Notes under the pieces: generated by a model
The model's input: the letters and a program-made list of their open reading frames with translations, nothing else
Told to the model about the DNA's origin: nothing
Databases searched by the model: none
Virus record (IMG/VR): IMGVR_UViG_3300032753_002463
Location: 32,933 to 96,932 of that record
From: a virus
Strand: one strand, 5' to 3'
DNA: 64,000 bases
Program-made: the position numbers and the translations under genes
Shown: in pieces, positions 39,865 through 48,710 of the stretch
Numbering within the stretch: position 1 is the first letter of the stretch
Layout of the letters: each line of letters begins with the position of its first letter

Positions 39865-40613
39865 ATTAGATTTAATTTTTTAAATAAGGTTTGGCATTTT
39901 TGAAAATTATCTTTCATTGGTAAAGGAAGGTGACAATCAAACATTTCTTCTGTTGTATAGTTATCATTTTCTGGCCATCTAACTTTATCTAATCTGTTTC
40001 GAGCTATTTTACCATCAATCCAACCCCTCCGAAGTCCAACATACCTACTGGTTTTGTAGTGCCATTTAAGAAATTGAGCATAAAAATATTGTTGGTCTGT
40101 TCCGTGCCCATAATTAGCTTGCTTCATCTTCAGCATAAAATATTCCCAAGATGTATTTTCATTAATATCTAAGATATCATTAAATGTACTTCCCTTTCCT
40201 GCTAAATAACACATAGGAAGCATAGGTCTTCTTCGATAAAATCCATGTTCCAATACATCACTAGTATAGCTAACAAAAAAATCGTCTGGTATTTCAGGAA
40301 GATGCTCCATATAATATTTTTTACTAATTGGTAGCATGTCCAAATCTGACATTATTATAGTATCATCTGGAAATTTCGTTCCTGCCCATAATCTTATTGA
40401 TTGTGCTTGATTGACAATATCCCATAAAGGATCCTCTGGGACCTGAATAACTTGTCCATATTGGGATAATTCCAAAACTCTAGAAGCTTCTCCTATAAAA
40501 AAAAGAACAGGTTCTACTCCTATTAAATCCCTCCATGCCTTGGAAACATAGGGCCAAAAATCTAAATATTTTGGATTATCATTTGCTGAAAGTATAGCTC
40601 TATTTAGTTTCAT
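39861..40613 (-). CDS. Putative GT-A-fold glycosyltransferase-like protein
   Basis: YLDFWP.V..AW, SDLDMLP (DxD), DQQY; located in the glycan cluster; ORF track start 40622. Confidence 0.55.
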   Translation of the reverse strand: MKLNRAILSANDNPKYLDFWPYVSKAWRDLIGVEPVLFFIGEASRVLELSQYGQVIQVPEDPLWDIVNQAQSIRLWAGTKFPDDTIIMSDLDMLPISKKYYMEHLPEIPDDFFVSYTSDVLEHGFYRRRPMLPMCYLAGKGSTFNDILDINENTSWEYFMLKMKQANYGHGTDQQYFYAQFLKWHYKTSRYVGLRRGWIDGKIARNRLDKVRWPENDNYTTEEMFDCHLPLPMKDNFQKCQTLFKKLNLI

Positions 40614-41400
40614 TTGGATCATTAAATTTTATTAAAAATCCATTATAAATTCTATTTTTATAGGATCTTAATGTGGATCTACTTATATCTAAAAAATTAG
40701 CTGCTTCTTTCACAGAGGAAAAATCCATAATTATATTGTCCTTTATTAATTGAACATTTATAGAATTAAGAGCTTTTTTCCCATAATTTGGATGATTCAC
40801 TCCTCTTAATTGTTTTCCGTATGCCGGATGATCTTTTCCGCGCAGTCCATATAATGGACTATTCATTCCCGAATTTTTTAATCTAATTTTTTCTTTTGTA
40901 TCTTCATTTCTTTGTTTTCCTTTCCATTCGGGTATTTTTGTTTTATATAATTCTTTCATGGAAAGGGATTGTTTTTCTTTAGAGTGTTGGCTTCTTTCAA
41001 TTCCTTTTGTTGGATTTATATACCCGTTTTGATATTTCTTCTTCCATAATAAAGATAAATTATCTTTTTGACTCTTTGAAAATTTATAACCTAACGGACT
41101 ATTAGCAGTTTTATAAATATTATATCCTATATTTCTAATATAAGGTTTTTCTAAATCTAAATAATATTGTTCCCTTTCGATTAGGATTTTTTTATTTCTA
41201 TCAGTATTTTCTATCACTAAAAAAATAAAATCTTCTCTCCCGTATTTATTCCAAGCATTTTGTAAATAGCTATTGCTGTGTATATTTTTATCTAATTCAT
41301 TAATATGTATATTCCATCTTTTATCTATATTAACAGCAGATCCAATATAAATTTTATTCGTGGTTTTATTAGCTATTTTATAAATTCCAGATTTAATCAT
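40600..41400 (-). mobile_element. Free-standing GIY-YIG homing endonuclease (NUMOD3, NUMOD1-like HTH)
   Basis: SGIYKI.N....IYIGSA, REQYYLD, GYNI, FSSVKEAANFL. Confidence 0.92.
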
Positions 41401-41404
41401 AATC

Positions 41405-41412
41405 TATATATC
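41405..41412 (-). promoter_or_regulatory. GATATATA motif 4 nt before the HEG ATG
   Basis: GATATATA-gatt-ATG. Confidence 0.65.
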
Positions 41413-41452
41413 TAAATAATGTTGGCAATACATATATATTCAGGAGGTAATT

Positions 41453-42040
41453 TTATCTACATGTTATCCTGCTTGCTTGATGGTGATAAATTATAGGAGT
41501 TACATTTGGATATAACTTTTGTGAATGTGTATCTACAAAAACATATTCGGGAGGTAAATCTTGAAATTTTAGATTCGGGTGGAGATCCAGAGCTTTCTTT
41601 AGATTATATTGTTCCCATGTTAAAGGGTTTCGTCTTTCCGCCGGAGTTTCACTATTTATCCTAATCCATTCATCTATAAGAAAAAGTATTTCGGAAGACT
41701 TTTTGAAATATATTGTTCCACTAAGAGGCTCATTCTTTCTCCATGGAAAATTTTCTAGTCTAAAGGAGATATCACAATCTATTGTGTCAAATAATACGGG
41801 ATTAGATTTAAAAACAGCATCAACGTCCACATAAACGAAAGATGGAGAATCAAGATTTGTTATGGAATCTTTTATAAATTGGGCCTTGTAGTGGGTATTC
41901 TTTTCCCAAGAGCCTAACGAATCTATAAGTTCTAAATGTAGTGGTATATTAAAATCTTTGCAGGACTGTTGAAGATTTCTTGATAAGGTTTCGTAATAAT
42001 CATTCTTTGTTGCGTATGCAATTACCAAATAAGGGCTCAT
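41453..42040 (-). CDS. Nucleotide-diphospho-sugar transferase (GT77/GT34-like)
   Basis: W..N..YK..FI, YVDVDAVF (DxD), SGTIYF, EQ..L, LP.EY, IYHHQAS. Confidence 0.7.
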   Translation of the reverse strand: MSPYLVIAYATKNDYYETLSRNLQQSCKDFNIPLHLELIDSLGSWEKNTHYKAQFIKDSITNLDSPSFVYVDVDAVFKSNPVLFDTIDCDISFRLENFPWRKNEPLSGTIYFKKSSEILFLIDEWIRINSETPAERRNPLTWEQYNLKKALDLHPNLKFQDLPPEYVFVDTHSQKLYPNVTPIIYHHQASRITCR

Positions 42041-42181
42041 AGATATAACAATATTTACTGGTGGGCTATTAACTTCGTTATACTTTTATCATTGTTTTTT
42101 AACAAAGTTTCAGATATTATTATATATTTCCTACGAAATCATATCTCTGGTTTTATATATAAGTAAAGATAAAAGTGACGA

Positions 42182-42910
42182 ATGAAAGTACTTAAGAATT
42201 ACTGGTTTTTACAAGACCCGATTGATGTTGAACATAAGTTCTATGTGCTGATGGATTTTTTACAGTCGGTGGAGAAGGACCTTAATGACAAAAAATACAA
42301 TGAGCAGATCCAAAAGATTAGAAGGATCCACGACGACTTAAAAACCTTCAAGGATAAGAAAAATTTATCAGATCGAACCTTAGTCACAATGACACAAACT
42401 GATTTGGAGCAACTTAAAACTTTCCAAGAATTGGTTATTGACAAAGAGGATGAATTGAAAGTACTTATTGATAATTCGATAGGTATATTAGATGGATTTT
42501 TAAGTAAAATAAACCCCCTATTACAGGAGATAAATGATTCTATAAAGGTTCATTCTTACGACGAAGCCAAAACATTCAAGGATCAAGGATTTTTGGTACT
42601 GCGTATACCAAATAAAAGGAAATTTAAGATATATTCTTGGATGTTCTCTTTTGTAAAAGTCAAACAGAAAGATCAGATTGGTATATTAATAACAGAATTA
42701 TTAGATCCATTGCCAAAATATAGTATTTCGGATAAAAAAATAATGAAATTTTTCCAATCTGAAATTAAAATATACAATCCTTCTTTAGATTCTTTTATAT
42801 TTGCGGATTTGGATAAATCTAAAAAGGAGACCGAAGTTGGTTTTGATCTAATGAAAGAGAGGGGTATACAATTTATAGTGGAGTCCTATCAGAAATTCCT
42901 TTCCTCATAA
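42182..42910 (+). CDS. Hypothetical protein
   Basis: 242-aa ORF; TATATATA motif at 42154-42161. Confidence 0.7.
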   Translation: MKVLKNYWFLQDPIDVEHKFYVLMDFLQSVEKDLNDKKYNEQIQKIRRIHDDLKTFKDKKNLSDRTLVTMTQTDLEQLKTFQELVIDKEDELKVLIDNSIGILDGFLSKINPLLQEINDSIKVHSYDEAKTFKDQGFLVLRIPNKRKFKIYSWMFSFVKVKQKDQIGILITELLDPLPKYSISDKKIMKFFQSEIKIYNPSLDSFIFADLDKSKKETEVGFDLMKERGIQFIVESYQKFLSS

Positions 42911-43454
42911 AAATATTTTTTGCCTGTTCTAGGGTCTTCAAAAAATCCTCTTTCTCAATCCCGTATTTTTCAGGGTCAAATTCTTCAATTGATTGAACAT
43001 ATTCAGGTTCTATTGCAGAACCTGTTTGTGGTACAATTTTCAAATTATTTTTTGCTGGACTAAAATAAATATCATATTTTCTTTTACCAGCTTTGATATT
43101 TTCAAAACAAAGAACATATCCATCTGGATATATTGATAATTGAAAATCTGCTTTTGAGTCCAAAAAATCTTCTATTGCTTTCATTAATAGATTAAGTTCC
43201 TTAGAACGAAGATTCATGATAGAATCAATTGATCCAGCTCCTGTTAAGGATTTTATTATAATTTTAATATCATCCTTATCACTAACACTCATCTTTTTGA
43301 ACAAAATTTCAAGGTCCGAGATAAAGTCGGATTTATTATAACCAATACGAGGATCATATACACAAGCATATTTGAAGGGTAGTATTTCATTAGTTTCTTG
43401 TGACCCAGCAGAAGAGGATTCGGTTAATTCAGTAAAGGTCTTTAGATGCTTCAT
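42873..43454 (-). CDS. Hypothetical protein with capsid-targeting-like N terminus (MKHLKTFTELTE)
   Basis: ATG at 43454, 6 nt after GATATATA. Confidence 0.7.
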   Translation of the reverse strand: MKHLKTFTELTESSSAGSQETNEILPFKYACVYDPRIGYNKSDFISDLEILFKKMSVSDKDDIKIIIKSLTGAGSIDSIMNLRSKELNLLMKAIEDFLDSKADFQLSIYPDGYVLCFENIKAGKRKYDIYFSPAKNNLKIVPQTGSAIEPEYVQSIEEFDPEKYGIEKEDFLKTLEQAKNIFMRKGISDRTPL

Positions 43455-43460
43455 CAATCC

Positions 43461-43500
43461 TATATATCAATAAAAAACTAAGTCAAAAGTACGATATATA
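43461..43500. promoter_or_regulatory. Divergent pair of GATATATA motifs
   Basis: TATATATC 43461-43468 (- strand) and GATATATA 43493-43500 (+ strand) in a divergent intergenic gap. Confidence 0.75.
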
Positions 43501-43518
43501 GTTAAAAGATCAAGCCCC

Positions 43519-44244
43519 ATGATAACTAGGTATAGTGAATTTAGTAAACCAAAAAAAACCGTGTCATTGATGGAGAAAGAAGAGTATTTCCAACATATAG
43601 ATGGAATACAGGCTCATATTGATGTAATGGTATTAGAAGGAAAATCGAAGGAAGAAATAAATGAGGGCTTAGGTGAAATCTTTTCTTTTCTTGGTGGTGG
43701 TTTTAAGCAAACTTTATATCAATATGCAGCACAGTGGATGCTAAAAAAATTGGGATTACCAGCTGATGGCTGGATAATGGAATTAGCTATACAAATAGTT
43801 ACAAAAATTAAATTTACTGAAATAGGCAATTATTTTGGCGACGGGTCCTGTAAATATTGGGCTCAAGCAATTCAAGAGGGTTTAGTATATTTTATGACTC
43901 AAAAAGCAGGTGATTTAATATTAGGTAGTTTAAAGATAGCACCTGGTAATGCGGATCAAAGAGGAGGTATAGCAAATACGTTGATTAAAACCATAACAAA
44001 TGGAGCAGGTCAAGCATTAAATAATACTGAATTTATAACAAATCTTGAACAAACAATAGAGGGTAAAATTTGCGGTAAAGGTGCTCCTGGATTTTCTGAT
44101 ATTTTTAAAGGTAAAACAGCAGATCCAGGAACCCAGGAGGAATTAAAGAATCAATTACATCAAGCTTCTAAAGAAGATCCAAATATAATGGGACAGGCCA
44201 AAGGAATAGGATTATTAAGTTTTCTTGGGTTTGGAGGATCATAA
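43519..44244 (+). CDS. Helical, amphipathic putative internal virion protein
   Basis: MITRYSEF...INE|GLG; amphipathic/hydrophobic helices. Confidence 0.6.
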   Translation: MITRYSEFSKPKKTVSLMEKEEYFQHIDGIQAHIDVMVLEGKSKEEINEGLGEIFSFLGGGFKQTLYQYAAQWMLKKLGLPADGWIMELAIQIVTKIKFTEIGNYFGDGSCKYWAQAIQEGLVYFMTQKAGDLILGSLKIAPGNADQRGGIANTLIKTITNGAGQALNNTEFITNLEQTIEGKICGKGAPGFSDIFKGKTADPGTQEELKNQLHQASKEDPNIMGQAKGIGLLSFLGFGGS

Positions 44245-44259
44245 TAACATATATACAAC

Positions 44260-44517
44260 ATGAACCAAAAGGACGTAAAGAAAAGAGAGGTGCTAGAATT
44301 TAAAGATTTTTTAAAGGTTATAAAGGACCCATGGAATCCAAAAAATCTTAGCAAAGAGGACCGTACTGGGTTTCATACTATAAAAATACAAAGGCCTTGG
44401 GAATACATGGATTGGGTAGATCCAATCTTTAATCATACCTCTAAAATTATGTATGCAGCACCTGCAGTAACAACAGAATCAGGAACTCCTCCTGAATTAG
44501 GGGGAAACACTGAATAA
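44260..44517 (+). CDS. Small hypothetical protein (EVLEFKDF motif)
   Basis: 85 aa; CATATATA 4 nt upstream. Confidence 0.65.
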   Translation: MNQKDVKKREVLEFKDFLKVIKDPWNPKNLSKEDRTGFHTIKIQRPWEYMDWVDPIFNHTSKIMYAAPAVTTESGTPPELGGNTE

Positions 44518-44521
44518 AAAA

Positions 44522-44529
44522 GATATATA
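44522..44529 (+). promoter_or_regulatory. GATATATA motif
   Basis: 21 nt upstream of 44551. Confidence 0.7.
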
Positions 44530-44550
44530 AGTAAATAAAATAACTACAAA

Positions 44551-45018
44551 ATGGCTAAAATATTCTCATTCGACGAATTCTGCGAGGAAGTTCTACATAT
44601 GGACGGAGCAGGAGAAGAAGGCGGTGAAAAAACCGATGACTACTACGGTGGCGGTGACGATACTGATACCGAAGATACAGCAGATACCGAAGATACTGAT
44701 ACTGAAGATACAGCAGATACCGAAGATACTGATACTGAAGATACAGCAGATACCGAAGATACTGATACTGAAGATACAGCAGATACAGAGGATAAGGGAT
44801 CTAAGAAAAAGAAAAGTAAAAAAGACGATAAAGGCGGCGGCGATTTTGATTGGACTAAAGAAGAAACTGAAGAAGAGGAAGAAACTGAAGAAATTGAAGG
44901 TGATGAAGATTTCTATAGAGATGGGACAACAGCAGGTGACGAAGAAGAAGATATGATGGATGAACCTGAAGATGAAACAACCCCTGGAATAGAAAGTTTC
45001 GACGACTATTTCGCATAA
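44551..45018 (+). CDS. Highly acidic low-complexity protein, possible prohead core/internal protein
   Basis: D/E/T-rich; KIFSFDEF and IESFDDYF at the two ends; own promoter motif and terminator. Confidence 0.75.
   Translation: MAKIFSFDEFCEEVLHMDGAGEEGGEKTDDYYGGGDDTDTEDTADTEDTDTEDTADTEDTDTEDTADTEDTDTEDTADTEDKGSKKKKSKKDDKGGGDFDWTKEETEEEEETEEIEGDEDFYRDGTTAGDEEEDMMDEPEDETTPGIESFDDYFA
44659..44790 (+). repeat. 4 x 33-bp coding tandem repeat (DTDTEDTADTE)
   Basis: gatactgatactgaagatacagcagataccgaa x4, near-perfect. Confidence 0.92.
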
Positions 45019-45046
45019 CAAATTAAATTTAATTGTTAAAATAACT

Positions 45047-45069
45047 ACCCACACAATTGTGTGGGTTTT
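45047..45069 (+). terminator. Intrinsic terminator (20-bp palindrome plus T tract)
   Basis: acccacacaattgtgtgggt-ttt. Confidence 0.7.
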
Positions 45070-45108
45070 AAATTGTATGGAAAATTGAAATGGTCTTTTA
45101 ATTTTCGA

Positions 45109-45116
45109 GATATATA
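45109..45116 (+). promoter_or_regulatory. GATATATA motif
   Basis: 16 nt upstream of the RimK-like ATG. Confidence 0.7.
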
Positions 45117-45132
45117 ATTATAATTAGTTCTA

Positions 45133-46605
45133 ATGGAAAAATCAATTAAAGATTTCGTATTTAAAGGAAAGCCCAAGGTTAAAAAGGAAAAACCAAGCTC
45201 ATTGATAGTCCTTACTACTAGATTAGGCAAAAGTGGTTCTATTGCTCCTACTGTAAAAAAACTCGTGGAGAAATGCAAAAAAAGGGGAATAAGATGTGTA
45301 GTTATTGATACACCCTATGGAGTAATAGAAAAAACGGAAAAAGGAACATATTTAATAGGTAATAAGGGAGAAGAAAAAACAGAGGTTGATGTATCTAATA
45401 CTATGATACTCCCTAGGAGATCCTCTATTGAAAATACTGCGGCAGTTAAATTTTTTCAGAAATTAGAAACTATAGGATTTACTGCAATCAATTCATTAAA
45501 ATCAGTTTTAATGTGTGAGGATAAATTGGAAACCTGTGAAAAATTATCAGAAAGAGGCATACCAGTACCAAAAACATCATTAATATCTAACATAAAAAGT
45601 GTAGATAGCGCAGTTGAAGAAATAGGTGGAAGATTTCCAATTATCGTTAAACTACTTAATGGTACAAAAGGCATAGGTGTTTTTCAAATAGATTCTCATC
45701 CATCCCTTATATCTTCGCTTCAAACAATTTGGAAACTTTCCCCTAATACAGAATTACTTTTACAGGAGAAGATTGAAGCTGAATACGATTTGCGTATTCA
45801 CGTTTTAGGCAACCGTGACGGCAGCGACGAAGGATACAATTATGAAGTTATTGGGGCAATGAAAAGGATTAAAATTGAGGGGGATTTTAGGACCAATTTC
45901 TCTCTGGGTGGAGAAACTGAAAAAGTGGAATTAACACCAGAAGTAGAGAAGATAGCTATTAAATGTGCAAAGGCAACAGGCTGTGGTTGGTGTGGAGTAG
46001 ATATCATAGTAGAGTCGGAAACTAAGAAACCCTATGTATTGGAAGTTAATGCTTCCCCTGGAACAGACGGTATAGAAAAAACCACGGATCTTCCAATAAC
46101 AGATATAGTCTTGGACTTTTTATCAAATAAAAAGAACTGGAGCCATCCAACAAAAATTATAGGATTTAGAGAAATTTTTACCGTAAAGGGTGTTGGAGAT
46201 TTTGTAGGAAAATCTGATACTGGTAATGGTGCTATATCTTGTTCCTTACATGCAGATTCATTTGAACAAATAGGCAAAGAAATTATATGGAGTATTGGGG
46301 ATAAGGAATATAAGAATAAAATAGTTGAATACTCTCACCCGGAAATTGGGGCAGAAACAGAAAAGAGGCCAGTTATTTTACTTGATGTAGAATTCGAGGG
46401 AACTACATATACTGATGTTAAATTTTCCGTAGTTGACAGAAAAACAAAGAGTACACCCCTATTAATTAATAGGTCCTTCATGGATAGAGCAGGATTAGTG
46501 ATCGATCCAAGTAGAACCTTTATAGTTACAGATAAACCTGAAGAATATGACCCAGCATCAGCTAAGGAAGGTTCAAGAGGTGGTATAATACTTTCTACCG
46601 AGTAA
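45133..46605 (+). CDS. rimK: RimK-family ATP-grasp ligase fused to a C-terminal RimB-like retropepsin protease
   Basis: EDK, GIPVPKT, FPIIVK..GTKGIGV, LLQE.I...DLRI, FRTNFSLGG, GVDI, LEVNASPG; C-terminal IGFRE, KSDTGN, SLHA, E.RPVI.L, DR.....LLINR.FM....IDPS. Confidence 0.9.
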   Translation: MEKSIKDFVFKGKPKVKKEKPSSLIVLTTRLGKSGSIAPTVKKLVEKCKKRGIRCVVIDTPYGVIEKTEKGTYLIGNKGEEKTEVDVSNTMILPRRSSIENTAAVKFFQKLETIGFTAINSLKSVLMCEDKLETCEKLSERGIPVPKTSLISNIKSVDSAVEEIGGRFPIIVKLLNGTKGIGVFQIDSHPSLISSLQTIWKLSPNTELLLQEKIEAEYDLRIHVLGNRDGSDEGYNYEVIGAMKRIKIEGDFRTNFSLGGETEKVELTPEVEKIAIKCAKATGCGWCGVDIIVESETKKPYVLEVNASPGTDGIEKTTDLPITDIVLDFLSNKKNWSHPTKIIGFREIFTVKGVGDFVGKSDTGNGAISCSLHADSFEQIGKEIIWSIGDKEYKNKIVEYSHPEIGAETEKRPVILLDVEFEGTTYTDVKFSVVDRKTKSTPLLINRSFMDRAGLVIDPSRTFIVTDKPEEYDPASAKEGSRGGIILSTE

Positions 46606-48007
46606 TAGAGAGGAAATGATCAATTGCTTCCTGTCTATAATTTTCAGGATTAATTACAATTTTCTCATTTTTTAATGGATATTTTTTACGAGTTAAAATT
46701 TCATCTGGTATAAGTCCCCTAAAGGTTTCTTTGAGTACTTTTTTGTCAGTCCTCATTTCTAATGGTAAGCTAAGTGCAAAAGAAATAATTTCTAAATTAA
46801 GGAAAGGATTTCTTAATTCTAGCGTATGCGCCATTGACATTTTATCTAATCTTGGAAGATGATAATATGTTAATTCGTGAAATATATCACTTCTTTGAGA
46901 ATCGTATTCATGAATTCTTCTATATCCCCCGAATAATTCATCTGCACCATCACCAGATAAAACTATTCTAGTATTAGTTCCTTTCTTAATAGCATCGAAT
47001 AGCATATATTGTGGAACTACACTTCCTAAATCAACCGGGGATTCATTCCAATGTGAATAAATCTCGTCTAATTTCCTACCAAAATTTGGATCATTAGAAT
47101 CCATTTTATAGTCTAAAAAATTGACTTTGATCCCCCAATAATTTTCACACATTTTCACATAATCATTATCGGGTCCATTGTTAATGGAATACCAACTCAC
47201 ATCAGCCCCAAGTTTTAAAAGTAATCCCCCAATAATACTGGAATCTAAACCACCACTTAATAAAATCGAGATTGGATAATCTAAACTCAGAAGTCTATTA
47301 CGCGTTGAATTTTCAAGTTTTTCCCAAAGCCAATCATATACATCATCATCTGATTTAAAGATGCTAAAATCGAAACTAAACTGATAATACGGACCGAATG
47401 TTTGCTTTATCTCTGGAGTTTTTAAATCCCAAAAATGTATATAATTATTTTTAAGTTTAGTTATATTTGTAAATGGGGTACTTTCGTTTGACATATATCC
47501 CCACTTTTTAACACCCCCGATAAATTCCTGACTTATTTTGGTATTTTCATTTATAAGTCCCTTTGCTTCTGAACAAATTTCACCCAATTCATTTGTATAT
47601 AGACACTTCTTTCCTAAGGGATCGGTAAAAGAAATTATAGTACCTTTTTTAGTATCTACTATACAAATTGCCCAAAATCCATCCCATGATTGGATATGCG
47701 GAGTATAGAGTGCATAAAACATTTGGGGCTCTCCTGTATAACTAGAGAAGAGGGATTTTAAATATTCTGTATCGGAATCATATTGTTTTGGATAATTAAA
47801 TATTTCTCCATTGAACAAAAGATATTTCCCGTCTCCCAAGTCTATTGGTTGAATCCATTGATCCCCAACCTTGGTTTGTATTGGTAATCTATGATGTACC
47901 ATGTTTAATCCATTAGGACCATCTACCTTACTATATTCAATACCTCTATGTGAAATTGAGTCAATTCTTTGCTGGGATAAATTATATCCTACTAATATTC
48001 CGCACAT
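46595..48007 (-). CDS. Asparagine-synthetase-like glutamine amidotransferase (AsnB family)
   Basis: MCGI, H.RL.I, QP, FNGEIFNY, SDTE, LLSGGLDSS, LSGDGADELFGGY, RLDKMSMAHTLE.R.PFL. Confidence 0.9.
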   Translation of the reverse strand: MCGILVGYNLSQQRIDSISHRGIEYSKVDGPNGLNMVHHRLPIQTKVGDQWIQPIDLGDGKYLLFNGEIFNYPKQYDSDTEYLKSLFSSYTGEPQMFYALYTPHIQSWDGFWAICIVDTKKGTIISFTDPLGKKCLYTNELGEICSEAKGLINENTKISQEFIGGVKKWGYMSNESTPFTNITKLKNNYIHFWDLKTPEIKQTFGPYYQFSFDFSIFKSDDDVYDWLWEKLENSTRNRLLSLDYPISILLSGGLDSSIIGGLLLKLGADVSWYSINNGPDNDYVKMCENYWGIKVNFLDYKMDSNDPNFGRKLDEIYSHWNESPVDLGSVVPQYMLFDAIKKGTNTRIVLSGDGADELFGGYRRIHEYDSQRSDIFHELTYYHLPRLDKMSMAHTLELRNPFLNLEIISFALSLPLEMRTDKKVLKETFRGLIPDEILTRKKYPLKNEKIVINPENYRQEAIDHFLSITR

Positions 48008-48008
48008 G

Positions 48009-48590
48009 TTATTCTAGTTCCAATTCTTTTAAAAAGTTAGTAAAATTATTTTCTGATATCTTATCGAAATTATTTTTGAACCTATTTACCTTATATCCCA
48101 TTCCATCCATTAAATCATAAAAATGATTAAATAGATCTATTTCCTCCTGAATCCGCGAATCATCTCCATCCCATATATCCTTCTTTCTATCTTGTGGGAA
48201 AGTTCCTTCTATAGCTATAAAATAACTATCTGATAATAATCCACTTTTTATTACCCATCTTATTTGTTCCTCCGCTTCATGGAGAGAAATCCTTTTTTGG
48301 AATACTCCCCATACAGTATTGGATACTATTCCCCTATCAACAACAAAAGAAGTAGTTGATTTCATCCAACTAATAGGAAATTGATTTTTTAAAAATCCAT
48401 CTCTGTTTAGTTGATGTAGCATCAATTCTTTTCCAAGTCCTAAATAATGGGTATCTGGTGATTCTCTTTGTAAATTTAATCCACTAAAAGCTTCGTTAAA
48501 TTCAAACTTGAATATAGGAAAAACTTTTTGTGAATTTATTAGGAAACTTTTTCCGCTTTTACGGGCTCCCTCAATTACGATTAATGACAT
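48009..48590 (-). CDS. dNMP/thymidylate-kinase-like P-loop kinase
   Basis: IVIEGARKSGKS and VVDRG..S..V. Confidence 0.75.
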   Translation of the reverse strand: MSLIVIEGARKSGKSFLINSQKVFPIFKFEFNEAFSGLNLQRESPDTHYLGLGKELMLHQLNRDGFLKNQFPISWMKSTTSFVVDRGIVSNTVWGVFQKRISLHEAEEQIRWVIKSGLLSDSYFIAIEGTFPQDRKKDIWDGDDSRIQEEIDLFNHFYDLMDGMGYKVNRFKNNFDKISENNFTNFLKELELE

Positions 48591-48698
48591 TTTTATTCTT
48601 TATCATTCTAGAATAATCCTGTATGTAAAGTTTCTACTAATATAACTACTTTAACAAAATTAAAACGCCTTTAATTATCTTATTCAGAACTTTTTTAT

Positions 48699-48706
48699 TA
48701 TATTTG
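48699..48706 (+). promoter_or_regulatory. Bacteroidota-type -7 promoter element (TAnnTTTG)
   Basis: TATATTTG 4 nt upstream of the 48711 ATG. Confidence 0.55.
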
Positions 48707-48710
48707 TAAT

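Noticed and set aside
28386-42040. Bacterial O-antigen/capsule locus (host contamination or prophage boundary)
   Set aside because: No flippase, polymerase or exporter; contains a phage HEG and the same promoter motifs as the flanking phage genes
44659-44790. 33-bp direct repeats as CRISPR or iterons
   Set aside because: Head-to-tail with no spacers, multiple of 3, inside an ORF
44593-45054. Alternative-frame ORFs with striking repeats (ICCIFSISIFG; KIQQIPKILIL)
   Set aside because: Shadows of the 33-bp repeat; the acidic frame has the promoter, terminator and CTS-like motif
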